Assembly (NCBI GenBank): GCA_045643325.1
Contig: JAZUKQ010000086.1
Location: 1-37,288, forward strand
Length of the DNA: 37,288 nt
DNA from: Kiritimatiellia bacterium
GTDB lineage: Bacteria; Verrucomicrobiota; Kiritimatiellia; RFP12; JAZUKQ01
Direction: 5' to 3'
Shown: one piece after another, positions 24,489 through 32,149 of the stretch
Numbering within the stretch: the stretch's first letter is position 1
Layout: each line of letters begins with the position of its first letter
The notes under the pieces: model-generated
Seen by the model: only the letters and a program-made list of their open reading frames with translations
Databases searched by the model: none
What the model was told of the DNA's origin: nothing
Program-made: the position numbers and the translations under genes

Positions 24489-24743
24489 CCCCCCGCAAGA
24501 AAAAGAGCAAATAAATTTTCGCGCCGCCGCTTTCCACATACACCTTCAGTCATGTACATGTCTCGTCCGGACCGGTTGTCATCTCCATTGCCTTCCGCTG
24601 TGTCATCATGATGCCCGCACGCCTCCAATTGTGCCGGAGAAACGCCGCTCCTTTTCGACACGCGCCGCCGCGGTATTCCCCTCCGCGGTTTCTGCCGGAC
24701 CGTCGCATTCGGCACGAAACGACGCAGAACGGACACGAATCCC

Positions 24744-26084
24744 ATGAAATTCCTTTTTCCAACTCCGGTCGTTTTTGACGGCGACGTATCCCGGTTTCTT
24801 CAGCGGGACGGAGCCCGTTTCGCCCGGTATCTCGCGTCGGAGGGCCATGAGGCCCGGAAAATCATTCTTTCAGAAAACCTGCGGGGAGGCAGGGGCGCGG
24901 AGGCTCCGAGGGGCTGCGAAACTTTCGATTCGGGAAGCGCCGGGCGCGGACCGGTATTCGAGCCAAGGGGCAGAGCGAACCCTACCCGAGCGGAACTTTC
25001 TGTCCGCGCCCCGATGTTTATCCCGTCCGCACCGGATCAACTCCTCGAAGTTTCCACTCCGGCCGACTGGCGAAATCCTGACTATTGGAGGGCGCAGGAG
25101 GCGGACGGTGTGTTGCTCTACGGCGGAATCAATCCTCTGCTGGAGCCGGTCGCACTGGCCGTCCGCGAGGCGGGAATTCCTCTGGTTCTGAAACTGGATA
25201 TGTCCGCCGGCATCGTGCGGTTCCCGAAAGACGTCTCTCGGCAGTTCGTCACTGGATACTTCCGGGCACGAGAGTCGAATGGTCCCGTCAGGGCCTTTCT
25301 GCTTTCGGTCTGGCGGCAGATTTCCAGACTGCGTCCGTCCCGGATACGCTTTCTTGAGCGCTACCTCCCGCTGTTCGACACGGTGACCTGTGAAAACGAA
25401 TTCGCGTTGCGGAACACGAGGGAGTGGGCGTCCGTCCATCTTCCGGATCCGACGGCTCCCCGGATCGATCTGCTGGAACATCCGGTCCCCGATGAATTCA
25501 TGTTCTCCTCCGGCGCCAAGAAGTCTCCGCAAGTTCTCGCGGCCGCTCTCGACTGGTCCAATCCGAGAAAGGGCGGCTGCCTTCTCGCATCGGTCCTTGC
25601 CCGGGCGCTTCCCGCCCGCCCGGCGTATTCCGCCGTGGTGGTCGGAGACGGGTCTCAGGCCGTCAAAGCGCGGGCGGAGAAGGAGGCGGGCCGCGATCTT
25701 CCCATCCGTGCCGTGCCTCGGCAAAGCGGAGACGGTATGGCCGGCCTGTACCGGTCGTCCGAAATCTTCCTTCTTCCTTCCGGATCCGAAGGAAATCCGA
25801 ATGTCGCGTTCGAGGCGCTCTGTTCCGGGTGCTCGCTTGTGTTCCCGGCGACGCTAGCCGGACTCCGCCCCGTCGTGGAATCCCGCGCCGGAATCGCGGC
25901 GTCCGCAAGGAACGTCCAAAAAATGACGGAGGCGTTGGAAGCGGAGATTTCCGGTTGGGAATCCGGCCGTCGGTCGCCGGAGCGGATCTCCTCGGAATAT
26001 TCAAAGGCGTTCCATGTCTCCGAGCTTTCGGAACGCCTGCTCACGATGTTCGAGACTTCCCGGAAGCATGCGGTTCGTTCATGA
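24744..26084 (+). CDS. GT-B fold glycosyltransferase (GT4-like), paralog A with a ~55-aa low-complexity insert
   Basis: 446 aa. The C-terminal IFLLPSGSEGNPNVAFEALCSGCSLV is an E-x7-E type motif. The N-terminus MKFLFPTPVVFDGDVSRFLQRDGARFA parallels that of the 26925..28103 product. Confidence 0.65.
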   Translation: MKFLFPTPVVFDGDVSRFLQRDGARFARYLASEGHEARKIILSENLRGGRGAEAPRGCETFDSGSAGRGPVFEPRGRANPTRAELSVRAPMFIPSAPDQLLEVSTPADWRNPDYWRAQEADGVLLYGGINPLLEPVALAVREAGIPLVLKLDMSAGIVRFPKDVSRQFVTGYFRARESNGPVRAFLLSVWRQISRLRPSRIRFLERYLPLFDTVTCENEFALRNTREWASVHLPDPTAPRIDLLEHPVPDEFMFSSGAKKSPQVLAAALDWSNPRKGGCLLASVLARALPARPAYSAVVVGDGSQAVKARAEKEAGRDLPIRAVPRQSGDGMAGLYRSSEIFLLPSGSEGNPNVAFEALCSGCSLVFPATLAGLRPVVESRAGIAASARNVQKMTEALEAEISGWESGRRSPERISSEYSKAFHVSELSERLLTMFETSRKHAVRS

Positions 26085-26221
26085 GTTTCCCCGGAAGGCC
26101 GCTTCGTTGGCGGATTCTGGCGCGGAACCCCGTTTTTTTGATATACTGAAAACACATCGGTTCCGGGAGACCCCGCTCACCATGTCTCCCGGAGTGTTCG
26201 TCCAAACCCTGTCTTTTTTTT

Positions 26222-26911
26222 ATGTCGGAACTCAGCGCCCCAAGCTCTTCCAAGCGGCCAAGCATCCAGACCGGTTCTGCCGGGACTGGAAAGACGCCGC
26301 TTGTGGTCGTGGGGAAGGTGCTGAAGGTCGCGCGGATCCGTCTCGACACGTTTTTCAGTACGCTCCGGATGCGGTTTTGGCTCCGCATGAACGGCGTTCA
26401 TGTCGGGCGGAGGTTGCGGGCAATCGGTTTCTCCTTGCGGGACGTCCGCATCCAGGTTTCCATCGGCGGACGCGCCTCGATCGGCGATTCCGCGTATATC
26501 CGGACCGGAGTCTGGTGCACGGAGGTCGGTCGTTCCGGGACACGCATTCTGGTCGGAAAGCGCGGGACACTATCCGTCGGAAACCGGGTTTGGATGTCGA
26601 ATCCTTCGATTGTCGCCCACGAGCGCGTGACCATCGGCGACGATACGTTCCTTGGAGGCGGCGTGCAGATTTTCGACACGAATTTCCATTCGACCGATCC
26701 CGTTGTCCGAGCATCCCGAAAAGAGACGCCCGGCACAGTGCGCGTCGCGCCGGTGACAATCGGCAGGCGGGTCTTCATCGGGGTCGACGCGATTGTGTGC
26801 AAAGGAGTGACCATCGGCGACGAGGCGATGGTCGCGGCGGGTTCCGTCGTCGTGGACGATGTGCCTCCGGGCGAGGTTTGGGGAGGAAATCCGGCGAGGC
26901 GTTTGAGATGA
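26222..26911 (+). CDS. Hexapeptide-repeat (left-handed beta-helix) O-acetyltransferase, WbbJ/maltose-acetyltransferase-like
   Basis: 229 aa. ...VTIGDDTFLGGGVQIFDTNFH...VTIGRRVFIGVDAIVCKGVTIGDEAMVAAGSVVVDDVPPGEVWGGNPAR is the typical LbH C-terminus. The start is uncertain because a T8 run abuts the ATG, there is no SD, and a downstream GTG is possible. Confidence 0.8.
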   Translation: MSELSAPSSSKRPSIQTGSAGTGKTPLVVVGKVLKVARIRLDTFFSTLRMRFWLRMNGVHVGRRLRAIGFSLRDVRIQVSIGGRASIGDSAYIRTGVWCTEVGRSGTRILVGKRGTLSVGNRVWMSNPSIVAHERVTIGDDTFLGGGVQIFDTNFHSTDPVVRASRKETPGTVRVAPVTIGRRVFIGVDAIVCKGVTIGDEAMVAAGSVVVDDVPPGEVWGGNPARRLR

Positions 26912-26924
26912 ACAGGTCAAAATC

Positions 26925-28103
26925 ATGAAAATCCTTTTCCCCACACCCGTCACTTGGGACGGGAACGACGATCGGTATCTGCAGCGCGACGGCGCGCGTT
27001 TCGCGCAGTGGTTCGCCGCGCGAGGACACGAGGCGGTCAAAATCATCTATGACCGGGGAAAGGTTCCCGGAACGCCGGTCAGCCCCCTTTTGGCGCTCGG
27101 TACGCCCTCCCAATGGCAAGATCCGGAGTACTGGAAAACGTTTCATGCCGACGCCGCGCTGTTATACGGCGGAATGCGCCGGAGCATGCTTCCCGTCGCC
27201 CGGGCGCTTAAGGACGCCGGGTTGAGAGTCTGGCTCAAGATGGACTCGCATCTTGGGTTGTTCGATTTCCCACAATATTTTTTGACGGAAGTCCGGAGAA
27301 ACTATTCGCTCGCGCGCGTCACCCGGGGACCGTGGCCCGGCGCGTGGCGGGCGCTGTACTCCACACTGAGGCACTCGGTGTCGCGGTCCGGTTTCGTCAA
27401 AGAATACTATGAGACGTTCGACAAAATCACGTTCGAGACACCGCTCAGTCTCACGAACACCGAGGCATGGCTCCGGCGACATGACGCCGAGCGTTTCCTC
27501 CCGAAGTTGGAACTTCTCCCGCATCCCGCGCCCGACTCGTTCGCCTGCACGTCTGCCATTCCGAAGGAGAATCTCCTTTTCGCATGTTGCCTAGATTGGA
27601 CGAACTATAACAAAGGGGGGCGGTTGCTCGGACCCGCGTTAGGACGTTTTCTGGTCGGCCATCCGGACTATACCGCCGTCGTCGCCGGCGGCAGCGGAGA
27701 ACAGGTGAAGACGCTGGCCGAGACAGTCGCGGGACGTCCGCTTCCCATCGAAACTCCGGGAAAGATGCCTTCCGCGGAACTCGCTCCGTACTATCAGCGG
27801 GCAAAGATTTTTGTCCTCTCGTCCGGTTCTGAAAGCCAGTCGAATGTCGTCAGCGAGGCGCTTTGCGCGGGATGTTCCATCGTCTGCTCTCCGAATCTTC
27901 CCCAGATTCAGAGCGTTTTCGGACGCGATGCCGGAACCACCGCCACCTCGCATACCGTTCGCGGATTCGTTCTGGCGATGGACGCGGAAGCGGAGGCGTG
28001 GGCCGCGGGAAAGCGGAATCCCGCCGCGATTTCGGAACGTGTCGGCGCGATATACCTTGTCACTCCCTGTTCTGAAAAGCTTCTGGAATGGTGTAAGGCA
28101 TGA
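26925..28103 (+). CDS. GT-B fold glycosyltransferase (GT4-like), paralog B
   Basis: 392 aa, MKILFPTPVTWDGNDDRYLQRDGARFA...IFVLSSGSESQSNVVSEALCAGCSIV. It is collinear with paralog A. Confidence 0.65.
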   Translation: MKILFPTPVTWDGNDDRYLQRDGARFAQWFAARGHEAVKIIYDRGKVPGTPVSPLLALGTPSQWQDPEYWKTFHADAALLYGGMRRSMLPVARALKDAGLRVWLKMDSHLGLFDFPQYFLTEVRRNYSLARVTRGPWPGAWRALYSTLRHSVSRSGFVKEYYETFDKITFETPLSLTNTEAWLRRHDAERFLPKLELLPHPAPDSFACTSAIPKENLLFACCLDWTNYNKGGRLLGPALGRFLVGHPDYTAVVAGGSGEQVKTLAETVAGRPLPIETPGKMPSAELAPYYQRAKIFVLSSGSESQSNVVSEALCAGCSIVCSPNLPQIQSVFGRDAGTTATSHTVRGFVLAMDAEAEAWAAGKRNPAAISERVGAIYLVTPCSEKLLEWCKA

Positions 28104-28942
28104 AGATTCCCGCATTGGTCATCAACTTGAAGTCCTCGACGGAACGCCGGGAGCGGATGGTGCGTCTGCTCACCCCGTTCGCGGACATTCTGGACGTCCG
28201 GTTTGTCGAGGGAATCGACGGGCGGCGTCTCTCCGAGGAGGAGAAACGGGCCGCCTTGAGTCGGGGAAGTCGGCGGAAGTGGGAGCGGAAGTTGGCTTGG
28301 TGCGACGGTGAAATCGGTTGCGCGCTGAGCCACCGAAAGTGTTTTCAGACGATCGTCGACGACCGGCTGGACTACGCGCTGATTCTGGAGGACGACCTGG
28401 AGTTCTCCGACGAGAAGGGGCTCCGCGTCCAGTTGGAACTTGCGAAACGGTTTTTTGAATCAAGGGAGGAGGCTGCCGCGCTCGATTTGTCTTTCCGCTA
28501 TGCTATGCTTCCGAAGACACTTCTCCGTTCGGATGACGGCCGGTTCGAGGTCCATCCGATGACGGGCGGCATATCCGCCGTCGCCTACTTCCTGAATCAG
28601 CGGGCCGCGGAGGAAATGATCCGGAGGAACACGCCGCTCCGGCATGTGCTGGACGACTGGATTGAGAATGTACGGAGCGGGCTCCCGTGCTTCGTCGTCC
28701 ATCCGTCCGTGTTCGTCGCGGAGCATCCGAAAAAACGGACGGACAGCATCATCCAAAAAACCCGGGGACCCATGTGGGACGCGATGGCGAAGAAAGAGAC
28801 TAATCACAGATTCTGTACGAGTATTTCCCGAATTCTGACGTGTAAATGGTGGTTCCAGAAATACAACCGGGTGTTTCGTGGGGCGGTGACGGTGGACCCA
28901 TTCTTCACAAAGGACAACAGGACGGATCGAAGCCATGGATAG
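28100..28942 (+). CDS. Glycosyltransferase family 25 (LgtB/Lic2B-like LOS/LPS beta-glycosyltransferase)
   Basis: 280 aa, MKIPALVINLKSSTERRERM...FVEGIDGRRL...GEIGCALSHRKCF...YALILEDDLEF is the GT25 pattern. There is an ATGA overlap with the upstream gene. Confidence 0.8.
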   Translation: MKIPALVINLKSSTERRERMVRLLTPFADILDVRFVEGIDGRRLSEEEKRAALSRGSRRKWERKLAWCDGEIGCALSHRKCFQTIVDDRLDYALILEDDLEFSDEKGLRVQLELAKRFFESREEAAALDLSFRYAMLPKTLLRSDDGRFEVHPMTGGISAVAYFLNQRAAEEMIRRNTPLRHVLDDWIENVRSGLPCFVVHPSVFVAEHPKKRTDSIIQKTRGPMWDAMAKKETNHRFCTSISRILTCKWWFQKYNRVFRGAVTVDPFFTKDNRTDRSHG

Positions 28943-29927
28943 TGGAAAAACCAGAGCGGAAAGACCGACCGTTTCGGTCGTTGTTCCGGTGTATAACGTG
29001 GAACCGTATCTCGCGCGGTGCGTCGACTCGCTGCTCGCGCAGACATACCGAGACTTCGAGATCCTGCTGGTCGACGATGGATCGACGGACGGGAGCGGCG
29101 CACTCTGCGACGCGTATGCGGCGCGGGATCCGCGCGTCCGGGCGCTTCACAAGGAGAACGGGGGGCTTTCCTCCGCCCGGAATTTCGGAATCGAGAACGC
29201 CCGAGGGGAGTTTCTCTGCCTTTTCGACGGCGACGACGCGTTCGCTCCGGAGACGCTTGAGGTCCTGCACGGCAATCTCGTCGGACATGACGCCGACATG
29301 TCCTGCTGCGCGTTCCAATATCTTCCCGATGGAAAGACGCCGTCCGCGCCGGATGTGAAGCGCGCGAATGTCTCCGTACTCACCCGGAACGAGGCGTCCA
29401 AAGACATCCTCACCGCGAGCCGGGTCGAGGTGAGCGCGGCCAACAAGCTCTATCGGCGCGCCGTGTTCGATACCGTCCGGTTTCCTGTCGGACGGCTCTA
29501 TGAGGACGCGTTCGTCATCGCGGACACGGTCGCGCGGTGCCGGAAGGTCGTTGTGACGGACGCGGGACTGTATTTCTATTATCAGAGAACCGGGAGCATC
29601 ACGAGAAGCCGATTCACGGAGCGCAATCTGGACTTGGTCGCGGCGCACGAATACAAGTACGGACGGATTCTCGAGGAATGTCCCGCGCTACGGTCCGACG
29701 CGTTCGAGGCGCTTCTCCGCGCGCACTACATGACGCTCGACCGGATGCTCGCGAGCGGCTACCGGGAGACCGGATTCCGCGAGAGCGTCGCCTTTCTCCA
29801 GAGGCACACGCTTTTCGCGTTGACGCGGCGGCGTCTGCACAAGAAACGGCGCGCGGCGCTTCTCGGACTGTGGTTCGGGGTGGGGGAGTACGACCGCCTC
29901 CGGAGAAAGTTCCGGCTGCACTGCTGA
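28935..29927 (+). CDS. Glycosyltransferase family 2
   Basis: 330 aa, VSVVVPVYNVEPYLARCVDSLLAQTYRDFEILLVDDGSTDGS...ENGGLSSARNFGI...FDGDD is the GT2 (GT-A, DxD) pattern. There is an 8-nt overlap with the GT25 gene. Confidence 0.88.
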   Translation: MDSGKTRAERPTVSVVVPVYNVEPYLARCVDSLLAQTYRDFEILLVDDGSTDGSGALCDAYAARDPRVRALHKENGGLSSARNFGIENARGEFLCLFDGDDAFAPETLEVLHGNLVGHDADMSCCAFQYLPDGKTPSAPDVKRANVSVLTRNEASKDILTASRVEVSAANKLYRRAVFDTVRFPVGRLYEDAFVIADTVARCRKVVVTDAGLYFYYQRTGSITRSRFTERNLDLVAAHEYKYGRILEECPALRSDAFEALLRAHYMTLDRMLASGYRETGFRESVAFLQRHTLFALTRRRLHKKRRAALLGLWFGVGEYDRLRRKFRLHC

Positions 29928-29940
29928 TCACGAGGTCCGA

Positions 29941-31020
29941 ATGCCGAGCCCGCCGGCCGTTCCCGTAATCACGCTTGTCGTGCCTGCGTTCAACGCGGAG
30001 GCGTTCCTTCCGACACTGGTGGAGTCCGCGCTTGCCCAGACGTTTTCGGAATGGCGGATGATTCTGGTGGACGACGGAAGTGCCGACGGCACCGCCGCGC
30101 GTTGCGACGACTTCGCCCGGATGGATCCGAGAATACACGTCATCCACAAGGAGAACGGAGGGGCGTCCTCCGCCCGCAACGCGGGGCTCGGTGCGTGCGA
30201 TACGGAACTCGTCTGTTTTGTGGACGCCGACGACCGACTGGAGCCGGACTACCTGCGTCGGTTCGTCGACACGTACAGGAAGACCGGATCCGATGTCGTG
30301 TTCCAAGGTTTCCGGATTGTCGGGCAGGAGATTCGGACCGTGGAATTCGGGGAACGGACCTTTTCAAAGGAGGAGACGCTTGATTTTCTGGACTATGTCC
30401 ATGCCTGCAATGGATGGGCCATCGGGCTTTCATGGAACAAATGCTATCGGACGGACGCGCTGCGGAATCCGGTTTTCCCGGAGGCCGCGAAAAAGACACC
30501 ATGCTCCGGACCGGACCGCGGCGAGCGGTGGGATCCTGAGATTTCCGTGCAGGAGGATGTCGAATTTTTCCTGAGGGTACTCTCTCGGTGCGCGCGAAGC
30601 GTCTCGTTCGCTCCCGGAATCGGGTACGAATATTTTTTGCGGCCTGGTTCGGCAAGTCATCGACGGAATTTCGAGGAGCAGTTCGGCGCCGCCTACAAAC
30701 GGTACCGCGCGTGGCTGGAGGTTCTCGCCCCGTTTCAGGACACGGAGCAGACCGCGCGTTTCCGGACGTGGTGGATGAAGGCGCATGTCCACTTCATTTT
30801 CGAGGTCACGCAGTCCATCTGCAAGCTGCGGCGGCCGTTTCTCTGGAAACGGGCGGAGTCCGCGCGCCTGTTGGAAACCTGCGGCGCGTATCTCCGGGAG
30901 GTCCGTCTCGGGGAGTTGGAGCGGCCGAAATTCCGCGCGCTTGTCGCGTTGATGAAACTCCGGTCGTCGATGCTGCTTTCGGCGTTTCTCGCGGCGCTCG
31001 GGCGGCTCCGGCGGAAATAG
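29941..31020 (+). CDS. Glycosyltransferase family 2
   Basis: 359 aa, ITLVVPAFNAEAFLPTLVESALAQTFSEWRMILVDDGSADGT...ENGGASSARNAGL...VDADD. Confidence 0.88.
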   Translation: MPSPPAVPVITLVVPAFNAEAFLPTLVESALAQTFSEWRMILVDDGSADGTAARCDDFARMDPRIHVIHKENGGASSARNAGLGACDTELVCFVDADDRLEPDYLRRFVDTYRKTGSDVVFQGFRIVGQEIRTVEFGERTFSKEETLDFLDYVHACNGWAIGLSWNKCYRTDALRNPVFPEAAKKTPCSGPDRGERWDPEISVQEDVEFFLRVLSRCARSVSFAPGIGYEYFLRPGSASHRRNFEEQFGAAYKRYRAWLEVLAPFQDTEQTARFRTWWMKAHVHFIFEVTQSICKLRRPFLWKRAESARLLETCGAYLREVRLGELERPKFRALVALMKLRSSMLLSAFLAALGRLRRK

Positions 31021-31092
31021 AGCCTGCGGCAAGGAGGCGTGATTGAAACGCGGGTTGGTGCGGCGCGCGCCCATGTTCCGATTCCGGTTCCG

Positions 31093-32091
31093 CTACTCTT
31101 TCGTTCCGGTGATTTTCCGTTTGATTTTCCGCGCGATTTCAAGCCAGCGTGGCGGCTTGTGGATGCGGTTGTCCACCAAGTGCCGATAGGGGGAGTAGGC
31201 CATGCAGTCCTTGTCGAAAACTCGGCCGCGCTCGACGATGTGCCGCAGAAACCTTTCCAGACTGTCCTCGCGGAGGAGATCGCAGTCCGGCGCGAGGACG
31301 GGGGCGCGGAGCATGGCGAGATAGGCGTCGTTGTCCCGGTCGAGTTCCTTGATCCGCGCCGCCAGCGCGTCCAGTGTCGGAAAGTCGTGCGCGTTCACGA
31401 ACGCGGCGGGGTTGATGGCATTGGCCGCGCCGTAGTCGCCCCAGTAGATGGGGACGGAGCCGGCCATCAGGGGATGCCACATCTTCTCCGTCATGTAGCC
31501 GTCGACCGAGGCGTTCTCAAAGGCGATGGTGAACTTGTACTTGCCGAGCCATGCGATTTTCCCCGCGCGCCAGTCCGTGTTGCCCCGAGGGGCGAACTCC
31601 GGGTCGTCGAGGTTGTGGAGGACGCGCCCGGGGCAGTCCACTTTTTTGTATTTCGCCAGGATTTTGCAGAACTCCTTGCGGAGCCGCGCTCCGTGGATGG
31701 CGTTGTCGTTCGAGTAGACGAAGTTACAGAAACGGCGGCCGGCCAAGGTGTCGGGGAGCTCCCGCCGGATTTCGTCAAGACGCCCGAACCCGGAGAGGTC
31801 GGGTTGCCAGAGGTCGTACCGGAGGTATCGCTCGCCGACGGACAGGCGCGCGTAGCCGATGGCGTAGTCGCAGAGGTTGAAGTCGGGAATGTCCGACTCG
31901 CCGGTGCAGTAGATCCGGACGGTGTGCCCGTTGTCCGGCGGAACGGGTCCGAAACAACTGTAGAAGAGAAAATCCGGATGTTTCGAGAGAGTCACGTCAA
32001 ACGAATCGGATAGCGCCCGGTGGATCGGGTTGTCGTTTTTGTCGAAATCTCTTGAGAAATTGACAAAGTTGATGCGGATGTTTTTTTTCAT
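31093..32091 (-). CDS. Alpha-1,3(/4)-fucosyltransferase (CAZy GT10, FutA-like)
   Basis: 332 aa. ...KYKFTIAFENASVDGYMTEKMWHPLMAGSVPIYWGD...FVNAHDF matches the conserved GT10 FxxxFENxxxxxYxTEK...P(I/V)YxG motif of bacterial and eukaryotic alpha-1,3-FucTs. Confidence 0.88.
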   Translation of the reverse strand: MKKNIRINFVNFSRDFDKNDNPIHRALSDSFDVTLSKHPDFLFYSCFGPVPPDNGHTVRIYCTGESDIPDFNLCDYAIGYARLSVGERYLRYDLWQPDLSGFGRLDEIRRELPDTLAGRRFCNFVYSNDNAIHGARLRKEFCKILAKYKKVDCPGRVLHNLDDPEFAPRGNTDWRAGKIAWLGKYKFTIAFENASVDGYMTEKMWHPLMAGSVPIYWGDYGAANAINPAAFVNAHDFPTLDALAARIKELDRDNDAYLAMLRAPVLAPDCDLLREDSLERFLRHIVERGRVFDKDCMAYSPYRHLVDNRIHKPPRWLEIARKIKRKITGTKE

Positions 32092-32149
32092 GGGAAGCGA
32101 GTTCGCGGACGAGCGGGAAAGGCGCCGGAAACGCGTTGAGCATCCTTTT

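Noticed and set aside
23999-24543. ORFs 23999-24247 (+), 24005-24352 (-), 24093-24380 (-) and 24118-24543 (-) as real genes, including a frameshifted phosphoesterase or hydrolase reading (..LLHGHPS..).
   Set aside because: The frames overlap one another, none has a start context or a complete family motif set, and the resemblance is too weak to name a product. The region is kept only as a possible decayed gene in the findings.
24620-24700. A JUMPStart/ops-like element (GGCGGTAG) in the leader of the glycosyltransferase block (CCGCGGTATTC).
   Set aside because: Only about 6 of 8 positions match, and the surrounding JUMPStart context is not seen.
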